Below the pieces are notes generated by a model, which saw only the letters and a program-made list of their open reading frames with translations, was not told the origin of the DNA and ran no database searches. Positions 9,544 to 17,137 of a stretch of DNA of 64,000 nucleotides are shown piece by piece. The translations under genes were made by a program, and so were the position numbers. This DNA comes from a virus. The stretch is from IMG/VR virus record IMGVR_UViG_3300045738_001212, positions 64,001 to 128,000 of that record; one strand, given 5' to 3'. Each line of letters begins with the position of its first letter. Within the stretch, counting starts at the first letter, position 1.

Positions 9544-10450
9544 GCTCTTTCTTTCTCCTCTCTAAGGTAAAACGTAATTTACGAAAAGCTATTGCTTCAA
9601 TTTGGCGAATACGTTCTCTGGTCACCTTATACTTTGCCCCAATTGTCTCTAGGGTACTATTGTCTCTCGTCCCGAACCCAAAACGAAGTTTCAAGATATC
9701 TACTTCCCTTGGGGTAAGTCTTTCTTCCATTAGCTCACGTAACTGCGTGAACCTATCATTCATCTCCACTTCCTTATCTGGACGCATGAAAACGTTATCA
9801 GGAATAATTTCTGCCATATCCTGATCTTCACTTTCTCCGATTTTCTTATCCAACGAAACTACAGAGTCTCTTGCGAAAAGAATGTTCTGCACTTGCAAAA
9901 CTGATATTCCTATTTCGTGAGAAATTTCTTCCTGAGAGGGTTCATGCTTAAACTCTTCCTTATATGTATTAATGAAATCAAAGACTTTCTTGGTCTTTCC
10001 TTGGTAGTGGACAGGAAGCCTGATTAAATTAGCTTTATTCGCTATAGACCGTAGGATATTTTGCTTGATCCACCAGACCGCGTAAGTAGAAAACTTTACA
10101 GTTACTCCGCTCTTAGCCTTCACTCCGGGTAGATACTTGTCTACCGCCGTGGCTAGACCAATGTTTCCTTCGCTTATTAAATCAATAAAATCCATCCTGC
10201 CTTTGTATCTTTGAGCGATGTTAACCACAAGACGTAGATTTGCCAGTATCATTTTTTCCCTAGCTGCCGCTCCAGCTTTGCGGGTGTGTTGTCCGGCCCT
10301 AGCGTTAGTTTTCCATTTTTGGATTTTAGTCGCAAGAACTTGCTCTTCTCCCCTAGATAAAAGGGGGGCGTTTAGAGCTTCCGAACTATACATCCCCATA
10401 AGGCTGCGATCTTGATATATACTATCCTTGATTTTGGCCTTTTTTTTCAT
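9524..10450 (-). CDS. RpoD/RpoS-like sigma-70 factor
   Basis: ANLRLVVNIA, DLISEGNIGL, KFSTYAVWWIKQ, TLETIG..VTRERIRQIE. Confidence 0.95.
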   Translation of the reverse strand: MKKKAKIKDSIYQDRSLMGMYSSEALNAPLLSRGEEQVLATKIQKWKTNARAGQHTRKAGAAAREKMILANLRLVVNIAQRYKGRMDFIDLISEGNIGLATAVDKYLPGVKAKSGVTVKFSTYAVWWIKQNILRSIANKANLIRLPVHYQGKTKKVFDFINTYKEEFKHEPSQEEISHEIGISVLQVQNILFARDSVVSLDKKIGESEDQDMAEIIPDNVFMRPDKEVEMNDRFTQLRELMEERLTPREVDILKLRFGFGTRDNSTLETIGAKYKVTRERIRQIEAIAFRKLRFTLERRKKELAEILG

Positions 10451-10986
10451 CGTAATTCCTTTTTTAGTAATCTCCATCTATCGCTATCTATCTTTTTCTC
10501 TCCACTGTCAATGCTCTTCAACATGGCTACTACTTCTTCAATGTTATCGTAAATATAATGATGAGGCAGCATCCCCATCATCCATAGAGGAGTCGCGTGT
10601 TTGCCCCCCTCCATAGAAATGAAAATGGGCTTCTTCATTCTAACCGCTGTGACTATCTCCTCCGCGCTACCCCAGCTTGCTATCTCTGGTAAAAGGTGAG
10701 CTATAATAAAATCGCATCTATCAACAAGATTCAAGTCGTAGCTGCGAACGGTCTTCATTCTCTCGGCTACGTCATTAAAGTAACCATGCTTCTGGCAATG
10801 ATCTAGTGAAAGACGAGTGTCTTCATCCTCATTTACATCCTTTACGAATGGCTTTTTGTAGGGGTTAAAAATTCTAATATCTAGGGGGGCGAGTTCTCCT
10901 TCTACATACTCCCTCCAATCGCGACCATTCGCATATTGCATATGGCCGACCAAATAAGTCCTAGTCTTATATAAGAGGTTTTCCAT
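10447..10986 (-). CDS. nucleoside 2-deoxyribosyltransferase-like protein
   Basis: YLVGHM, FNP, DL..VDRCD, GSAEE pattern. Confidence 0.65.
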   Translation of the reverse strand: MENLLYKTRTYLVGHMQYANGRDWREYVEGELAPLDIRIFNPYKKPFVKDVNEDEDTRLSLDHCQKHGYFNDVAERMKTVRSYDLNLVDRCDFIIAHLLPEIASWGSAEEIVTAVRMKKPIFISMEGGKHATPLWMMGMLPHHYIYDNIEEVVAMLKSIDSGEKKIDSDRWRLLKKELR

Positions 10987-11028
10987 AGGTAATACTTATG
11001 GAAAGTATAATCCTCTTCAAGGAAAATG

Positions 11029-11238
11029 TCAAGAAGAAAAGTTGCTATCCAATGACTCCAAACAGTCCTCGGCATTAGCCAATATTTCTAACTGTTTAGC
11101 CATTTCGTCTACTATTTGTGGGTGTTCCCCGATTCCAGCGGCATTTGAGGAGTAAACATCTAGCGTAGCAAGGGCAGAAGCTTTTTCAGCTTCGTACCTT
11201 TGTCGTAGGGCGTTGAATAATAATTTATTTTTTTTCAT
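11029..11238 (-). CDS. small hypothetical phage protein
   Basis: GIGEHPQI motif recurrent in phage ORFs. Confidence 0.6.
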   Translation of the reverse strand: MKKNKLLFNALRQRYEAEKASALATLDVYSSNAAGIGEHPQIVDEMAKQLEILANAEDCLESLDSNFSS

Positions 11239-11239
11239 T

Positions 11240-11779
11240 TTAAAAAGACTGTTCGAGTTCGTCGATTCTTAGATTGTACATATCTACTAGGGTTGTAAAG
11301 TCATTTGACTCATCCCTGTCCCCTTTCTCGAAGAGCCTTGCTTTCTGAAAATACTCTTCTGCTGACATATCCCCGCAATACCAAACATTTTTCAATCCGT
11401 GATAGTCTACTCCCCCCTGTCTCTCTAGACCATCCGCTGCTTTCCCGTAAAAATTACGTCCAGAAAACTCCAGACTAATGAAAACGTACCTATCGGGAAG
11501 CTGGTGCCTACTGGTCTTAGCTACTGAGACATCATAATGTGGAAGTGGAGCAACTGTTCTCCTTTTTGTTTTCACTTCGAGTTTTTCGGAATCATATTCC
11601 AAGTCATGGTCTTTATGATCTGCCACCTCGACCCCAAGGTGCTTGCAGAGAGCAAGTTCCCCTAATCTACCAGCAGCATTACCTTTTCCTTTGACTATGG
11701 AATCTTTAATGCCGCCCAACTGTCTGGCCCATTCATTGGCCGACCTTATCATCTCTCGGTTGTGCGGAAGAATTTTCAT
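11240..11779 (-). CDS. hypothetical protein, possible PD-(D/E)XK fold
   Basis: G.LGE.A...D..LEVKT pattern. Confidence 0.5.
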   Translation of the reverse strand: MKILPHNREMIRSANEWARQLGGIKDSIVKGKGNAAGRLGELALCKHLGVEVADHKDHDLEYDSEKLEVKTKRRTVAPLPHYDVSVAKTSRHQLPDRYVFISLEFSGRNFYGKAADGLERQGGVDYHGLKNVWYCGDMSAEEYFQKARLFEKGDRDESNDFTTLVDMYNLRIDELEQSF

Positions 11780-12160
11780 TTATATTGTATGGGCGATTAA
11801 ACTCGATGGCGTTTGAATTGGTGTTGTCATCCTCTTTAACTATTACTTCTTTTAAAACCACCAGCGATGAAGGAATCTTCCCTTGGGATATCAAATAAAG
11901 AAACACTGATTGAAATGTCGCTAAAAATAGCAAAAAACAAACTAATACCCTTAAGTTCCTAACTTTTTTCCTTAGCTCTTCCACAGTCTTGTTTCGATTT
12001 AATACATACGTCTAAACTGTTCATAGCATTCCTAAGATATAAGCTCTCACTCTTGGAATGCTTACCCACCTCCACTATTCTCTCAATTTTGGAATAAACC
12101 TTTTCCAACGCTGGAAGGTGTACCTTTTGTCCTCTAATCATAACAAGTGGTAGTAACCAA

Positions 12161-12242
12161 TGTCGTAATCCTCTGTATTTAGAATCAATAAATTTGCAGT
12201 ATATTGATAGCTACTCCAGTGGTGTCGCATGTCGTAATCCTC
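12161..12242 (-). CRISPR. mini-array D: 2 copies of the 13-nt repeat
   Basis: TGTCGTAATCCTC at 12161 and 12230 (+ strand), intergenic. Confidence 0.7.
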
Positions 12243-12252
12243 TTAACTGTCC

Positions 12253-12486
12253 TTAACGAGCCTTTTTGATATCGGCAGTTACCTTATCGAAAGGCTCCTT
12301 GACGTAATGAGAGTTAGCTTCAGTAACGACAACCGTTCCTTCTTTATCGGTCTGCTGCCCGTCGGCTTGCCCCGCAAAGGAGTAGTACTCGATGATTTTG
12401 TCAACTCTGACAGCTAACTGTTCGGTAGCTGCGCGGAGTGTCCCATGTACGTTGGTTTTATACTTATTTAGTTTTAGTGTTTTCAT
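12253..12486 (-). CDS. hypothetical protein
   Basis: ORF; start moved to MKTLK at 12486. Confidence 0.55.
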   Translation of the reverse strand: MKTLKLNKYKTNVHGTLRAATEQLAVRVDKIIEYYSFAGQADGQQTDKEGTVVVTEANSHYVKEPFDKVTADIKKAR

Positions 12487-12579
12487 AAAATTTAAGCGCG
12501 AGAGACAGAGCAGAAAGGTATTAACGACCCCGCCTCTCGCAAGTGTAGTTCCGCGTGACACTTCCCTACACTAAATTAA

Positions 12580-12745
12580 TGGGTGAGAGGATTCTCATTT
12601 ACCTCTATCGTTTCGGAGTCACAGCTTGAGTTTCAGTGAGAAACCCTACTTTGAACCAGCCCTTGTAAGCCCCCAGAGACGGTAATCTCCTGCAAACAAG
12701 CCCTGTACCTTAACTGCCGCGACAGCAGTTTATTCGGTCACACCC
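12580..12745 (-). ncRNA. structured ncRNA candidate with tRNA-like ends
   Basis: intergenic; 5' GGGTG pairs with 3' CACCC-A; T-arm-like AGAGG..AATCCTCT hairpin; internal hairpins. Confidence 0.6.
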
Positions 12746-12774
12746 TTCGCTGGCGATCAACCAGCAAAATTATT

Positions 12775-13107
12775 TTAAAGAACAAATATTTTAGAATCTT
12801 CTATGAAGACTCTGGGGTGATATTGATCAATATCTTTCCCGTCTTTTACATTTACAAATTTTCTTTTTTTGTTTACCCGCACTTGATGTTTCCATTTGGG
12901 GCGAGAAGACTTCTTTTCCTCTAGGGAACGAATGTCGCCCAAGTCTACGCAACCCGTAAGAGTTCGCTTGGTGATAGCGACATCCCCCATGTGCAAAGCG
13001 TGTGTGCGCTTAAGCACTACAGGTTTGTCGCCGTATGCGTGTGCTCGCTTACTGCCCTTAACCTCTAGGCACTTCTTCTTTGAATTGTAAATTACTACTA
13101 CTTGCAC
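12775..13107 (-). CDS. hypothetical basic protein
   Basis: GGAG RBS, GTG start. Confidence 0.55.
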   Translation of the reverse strand: MQVVVIYNSKKKCLEVKGSKRAHAYGDKPVVLKRTHALHMGDVAITKRTLTGCVDLGDIRSLEEKKSSRPKWKHQVRVNKKRKFVNVKDGKDIDQYHPRVFIEDSKIFVL

Positions 13108-13124
13108 GTTGTTATTTCTCCAGT

Positions 13125-13171
13125 TGTCGTAATCCTCTATAAATCGGTTAAGGGGTATTGTTGTAATCCTT
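13125..13171 (-). CRISPR. mini-array C: 2 repeats, 21-nt spacer
   Basis: TGTCGTAATCCTC at 13125 and TGTTGTAATCCTT at 13159, intergenic. Confidence 0.75.
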
Positions 13172-13662
13172 CAATTAACTCGCCAACTTGACCCTGCCAA
13201 GCCTTGATCCTCGTAATCGCTCTCTGATAAATACTGCTGAACTTCCTCATCGGAAGCGAAAAGCATATTCTTCTCATCAATGTAAAAAATACTTTTGTGG
13301 TAAGCCATCTTGCGAATTACGCCTCCATGAAAGCCTACTCCGCTATCTTCCTTACCGTGAACGCAGGTTATTTTAACTACGTTAGCTGCGTCACTCATAT
13401 ATTTGGCGCATAAGCCCAGCCCTTTCACTTTATAAATCCTGCCTCTGACGGGCTCATGGACGCTTTCGAACGCGCTCTTGATTTCTTCAATATCCTTATC
13501 AACACCATCATCCAGCCAATCGTCCTCATCATCTCCGTACTTCCAAGCTCCTTCAACCCCCTTGGTTCCTTCGTGGCCTACTGGACAGGAATGCTCCTTG
13601 GGCTGCTCTTCCGGCTTGTCCTCGTAAAAAACTTCAATTCCTAAAAGATGAGACTTTTTCAT
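13171..13662 (-). CDS. hypothetical acidic protein
   Basis: ORF translationally coupled to the ECF sigma gene. Confidence 0.55.
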   Translation of the reverse strand: MKKSHLLGIEVFYEDKPEEQPKEHSCPVGHEGTKGVEGAWKYGDDEDDWLDDGVDKDIEEIKSAFESVHEPVRGRIYKVKGLGLCAKYMSDAANVVKITCVHGKEDSGVGFHGGVIRKMAYHKSIFYIDEKNMLFASDEEVQQYLSESDYEDQGLAGSSWRVN

Positions 13663-14303
13663 AACAGATTTCTATTTTTTATTATCTTCCTTGCTCTTCG
13701 TCTAGCGTAAAATACCCTGCTCATAATCGTTCCTATCGAGCACTTCATTATTTTAGCAGCTTCGGCATAAGATTTTTCTTCTTCTATCACTAGCTCAATA
13801 ACCCTTTTTTGTTCGGGGTTCAGGCTCCCTTTTATCTGCGCCAAAACCTTCTTAAAGTGCTCAAAGCTTTCTTTCTCTTCAAGTCGGTTGCTGGGGCTTT
13901 CATCGTTAAGTAAGAGTATACCAGAACCTTGTAAGAAGTCAAGAGGATTTTTATCATTTTCTAAACAAAAATCTGCACAAAAATCTGAATAGGAAATCTC
14001 CTTAGATTTACGTCTTTTGTCCTGCCTGTAGAAATCATAGAAAGAATTGCGCCCAACCCTGAAAAACCACGTAGCAAAGGCACTTTTGAACTTAAAGGTC
14101 TTTATCCTCCTCCAAGATTTTACGCATGTAAGCTGCAAGATGTCTTTCGCGTCGGCTTCAGATACCCCCATTTTGAACAAAGAAGAGCGCACTAGGGCAC
14201 TATGACGCCCAAGAAGAACCTCGAATGCCTCCTTGCTACCTCTTTGACTCTTCTTTACTAAAGCTTCGTCTTTGAGGTTGGAAAGTTGAACTTTTTTGCT
14301 CAA
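13659..14303 (-). CDS. ECF (RpoE-like) sigma factor
   Basis: AFEVL, DILQ, F.TWFFRV..N, SYAEAAKIMKCSIGTIMSRVFYAR. Confidence 0.92.
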   Translation of the reverse strand: MSKKVQLSNLKDEALVKKSQRGSKEAFEVLLGRHSALVRSSLFKMGVSEADAKDILQLTCVKSWRRIKTFKFKSAFATWFFRVGRNSFYDFYRQDKRRKSKEISYSDFCADFCLENDKNPLDFLQGSGILLLNDESPSNRLEEKESFEHFKKVLAQIKGSLNPEQKRVIELVIEEEKSYAEAAKIMKCSIGTIMSRVFYARRRARKIIKNRNLL

Positions 14304-14324
14304 TTTTTCTTAAGCTACGGCGAA

Positions 14325-14556
14325 TGTTGTAATCCTCTATACCGATTGGAAGTACTATGTTGTGATCCTCTCAAATACTGGAACAACTCAAATGTTCTAA
14401 TCCTCTGTGCTTCTTTCATTCGGTGGTGTCGTAATCCTCACGCTTATCAAACGAGATGTCGTAATCCCCTTACTTGATACTAGGCTGTGCATAGTTCATC
14501 CCATGTTCTAATCCTCATCCTAATCCTAATCGATTTCGTGGTGTGTCGCAACCCTA
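14325..14556 (-). CRISPR. array B: 7 degenerate 13-nt repeats directly 3' of the tmRNA
   Basis: repeats at 14325, 14358, 14393, 14427, 14457, 14504, 14544 with unique 17-34-nt spacers. Confidence 0.85.
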
Positions 14557-14561
14557 AAAAA

Positions 14562-15020
14562 TGGTGGAGGCGGCGGGAATCGAACCCGCGTCTTTGGAGC
14601 CATCGGCTCAAATATACTACAAGCTTAATCAGTGCCATGTTCCTCGTATATAGCAGGTCACTGATTAAACCAACCGGGCCGCTCAAAGAGCGACTGGGAC
14701 TAACGTAAAACGTTAGACGCCTACACGAGTTTGAAGTCACATTTTATACTAGCGTTACAACCGCCCTAGTTTTTTGCTCGCTATCGACGCCCTAGCTCCT
14801 TAACGAGCATCCAGAGTAGGACGGGGCAGAACTTAAGCTGCCAGCGTGGCCTCTTCGGCCCAACCGAAACGAGCGAGAATCTCGTCTGCTTCAGCCAGAG
14901 AAGGAGCCATGTCAATATTACTATTGGCATATATGTTTTTAATGGAAGTTTTAAGAGGCCAACCATCATCCTCTGCTTGCAATCTGGCGTAAGATTCCAA
15001 ATCGAATCCAGTACGCCCCC
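14562..15020 (-). ncRNA. ssrA: tmRNA
   Basis: 5' GGGGGCGTACTGGATTCGA, 3' GGGTTCGATTCCCGCCGCCTCCACCA with G3-U pair; tag ORF 14833-14928 ANSN...ATLAA. Confidence 0.95.
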
Positions 15021-15534
15021 ACAAATATTACACTATAATTCACACCGATGGATTAATTGTTTCGCCTGTTTTGGGCTTTTTTTATTTCTTTTACTCCGTT
15101 TTTGGCAAATTCCTGACAGTGCTTTGCAAAAAAACCGTCCATCCCACATTTTTCCGCCCCTAAATATGAGTATAAGACTATAGCTAGGTTATTTTGCCCA
15201 GCTATCTGGCATTCGTCCGCCATGTCTTCAAGCACCGTCGCCAAAGTCTCTTCTCTGTTCTTCTTCCTCATTTAATTATTTTTAAAAAGATTTTTATCCT
15301 TCAACTCCGCTTTAAAGTTCCGTATCCCTTCCCATCTATAAACAGTGATCGGTATGGTAACGGGCGTCAACAATACATACCATTTTACTGTAAAAAACAC
15401 AAGATACAAAAGGTTACCCAATCCAAATAGCCAAGGATTTGATAACCAGCCCCAATCGTACTGAAACTGCTGCCATAAGAAGACCGAATAGGCGTCTAAT
15501 ACTCCTGAAAGATTTTCTGGATTCATGTCGTTTG

Positions 15535-15897
15535 TTATTTGATTTTTTTTGCGTGTCCCGCTTTTACCAAGAATTCGTTTACGGATTTGCCGTGGTATTT
15601 TCTCGTCCTTATGAAATTTTTAGTTAGTTGAACCTCGCCCAAGCACCTTCCGTATTTTCCGACACCAAGGGAAATCAGGGAAATTTCATTGTCACTGTTC
15701 TCAAGTATCTCCTTGAGCTTGGCCTTGGCTGCGAGCCCTTTCTTTTTCTCCACCTTGTCTCTCGTCCTGCTTTCGTAGGCGTCTATACCCGCTAACCTAA
15801 TGCGCTTCTTAACCCAAGTCTCAAAACCAAGGTCAATCATAGCGTCAATAGTGTCTCCGTCAACTACTTTAACTACTTTAGCTTTGTAGCGATACAT
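15535..15897 (-). CDS. thermonuclease (SNase-like)
   Basis: VVDGDTID, IRLAGIDAYE, GKYGR.L. Confidence 0.9.
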   Translation of the reverse strand: MYRYKAKVVKVVDGDTIDAMIDLGFETWVKKRIRLAGIDAYESRTRDKVEKKKGLAAKAKLKEILENSDNEISLISLGVGKYGRCLGEVQLTKNFIRTRKYHGKSVNEFLVKAGHAKKIK

Positions 15898-15902
15898 CTT
15901 AG

Positions 15903-16094
15903 CTATTCCCCAGCCCACTCTTCTTGTATTACGTGGTCTATTAAGCCCTCTATCCAGTCATTAAACGTATCTTGATCGAAGTCAGTCTCCCCCGTTTCCG
16001 CCCTGTACATGTCGAGAAACTCTTCATCCACCTCCATGAGGAGTTCTCTCTTGTTGCCCTTCACTTCTAGTTCTCTTATTACTTTTATTTTCAT
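15903..16094 (-). CDS. small acidic hypothetical protein
   Basis: AGGAG RBS, ORF tiled. Confidence 0.5.
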   Translation of the reverse strand: MKIKVIRELEVKGNKRELLMEVDEEFLDMYRAETGETDFDQDTFNDWIEGLIDHVIQEEWAGE

Positions 16095-16263
16095 TAATAG
16101 CTCCTATTTTAGCCAGAAGTTCGTCTATCAAATCAAGCTGAGACATTGCGTAGACGAATCTCGTTCTGCTTAGATTGCTACCATGAGGGCTATATTTGTG
16201 CAACTCTTTTGTTCGTAGTTTTTTCCTTTTTTCAAGGATTTCTATAATCTTGTGTTTATCCAT
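16024..16263 (-). CDS. hypothetical protein immediately downstream of array A
   Basis: start moved to MDKHK at 16263 because the longer ORF runs into the array. Confidence 0.5.
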   Translation of the reverse strand: MDKHKIIEILEKRKKLRTKELHKYSPHGSNLSRTRFVYAMSQLDLIDELLAKIGAINENKSNKRTRSEGQQERTPHGGG

Positions 16264-16272
16264 ATACTCGTA

Positions 16273-16894
16273 TGTCGTAATCCTCTTAATATCGTCGGGA
16301 CGAAGCATGTCGCAATCCTCTTGTGCAGTCCAACCATATTTGTGTTCTAATCCTCTTAAAATCAGACTATGCGTACCCTGCGTGTTCTAATCCTCTTAAA
16401 ATATACAGGAGCAATCATGTTGCAATCCTCACTCTTAAAAGTTCACTACGGCGTGCTGTGTTGTAATCCTCTTTAAATCGCAAGCTGCTCATGTGTTATA
16501 ATCCTCTTGGTCCAAAGTATGACTGATGTTGTAATCCTCTTATACTTAAATTCGGTTACATGAGGTGCGTGTTGTAATCCTCGCTGGTTTTGTTGGTAAT
16601 GTTTTAATCCTCTTATACTTAAAAAACGCGCACAGCTTGAAATGTTTTAATCCTCTCAAATTTTACCACGATACTCCATGTTGTAATCCTCTCATGCTAA
16701 AATTACTTCTTCTGTTGTCGTAATCCTCTTTAACAGCCGTCGCAATGTTTTAATCCTCATACTTAAACTGTGCAGATTGACTCCCTGTGTTGTAATCCTC
16801 TTATACTTAAATTAGGATAAATCCGAATTATGTTTTAATCCTCTTACTTAAATTGTCAAATTCAGTCATCAGTAGGGTAAGTGTTTCAATCCTC
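16273..16894 (-). CRISPR. array A: 17 degenerate 13-nt repeats (minus-strand consensus GAGGATTACAACA) with unique spacers
   Basis: repeats start (+ strand) at 16273, 16308, 16343, 16383, 16418, 16459, 16494, 16527, 16570, 16600, 16643, 16679, 16716, 16746, 16788, 16831, 16882; period 30-51 nt; the first copy reads GAGGATTGAAAC. Confidence 0.9.
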
Positions 16895-17137
16895 TTATGC
16901 TTGTTGATTCCTTATTTGCCTTATGGCTCTACGATGCATCCTCATGTGCTGGGGGTGAGCTTCGCACTCGCCATCAATTAATTCCATATCACATATCTCG
17001 CATTTAGGCTCGTTTAAGTCAGTCGAATGGTGTGTTTCACGGTAATGTTGTAATCCTAAATCTTCTGCTGTCGAAGGAAACTTGCAGTTAGCCCTTTCGA
17101 GTTCAAGAATAGTTATGTTTCTTTCTTCTTCAGTCAT
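16895..17137 (-). CDS. 80-aa protein with CxxC-x8-CxxH putative Zn finger, between nuclease and array
   Basis: start overlaps the nuclease stop (ATGACTGA); its TAA abuts repeat 1 of array A. Confidence 0.6.
   Translation of the reverse strand: MTEEERNITILELERANCKFPSTAEDLGLQHYRETHHSTDLNEPKCEICDMELIDGECEAHPQHMRMHRRAIRQIRNQQA

Noticed and set aside
11005-11032. GTATAATCCTC as another repeat copy
   Set aside because: Lacks the TGT end and is better explained as part of a minus-strand TTGACA-17-TATACT promoter
14480-15024. ORFs overlapping the tmRNA and array B
   Set aside because: Shadow ORFs explained by the RNA gene; only the tag frame is meaningful
16273-16894. Repeats as tandem ribosome-binding sites (GAGGA...ATG) for micro-ORFs
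   Set aside because: Only a minority of copies are followed by ATG, and conservation covers the whole CRISPR-like ATT..AAC end. A secondary RBS role is not excluded.
16273-16894. TIGR-type dual-spacer array
   Set aside because: No fixed 36-nt period, no box C/D-like alternating repeats, and the neighbour is TnpB-like, not a Nop-domain protein
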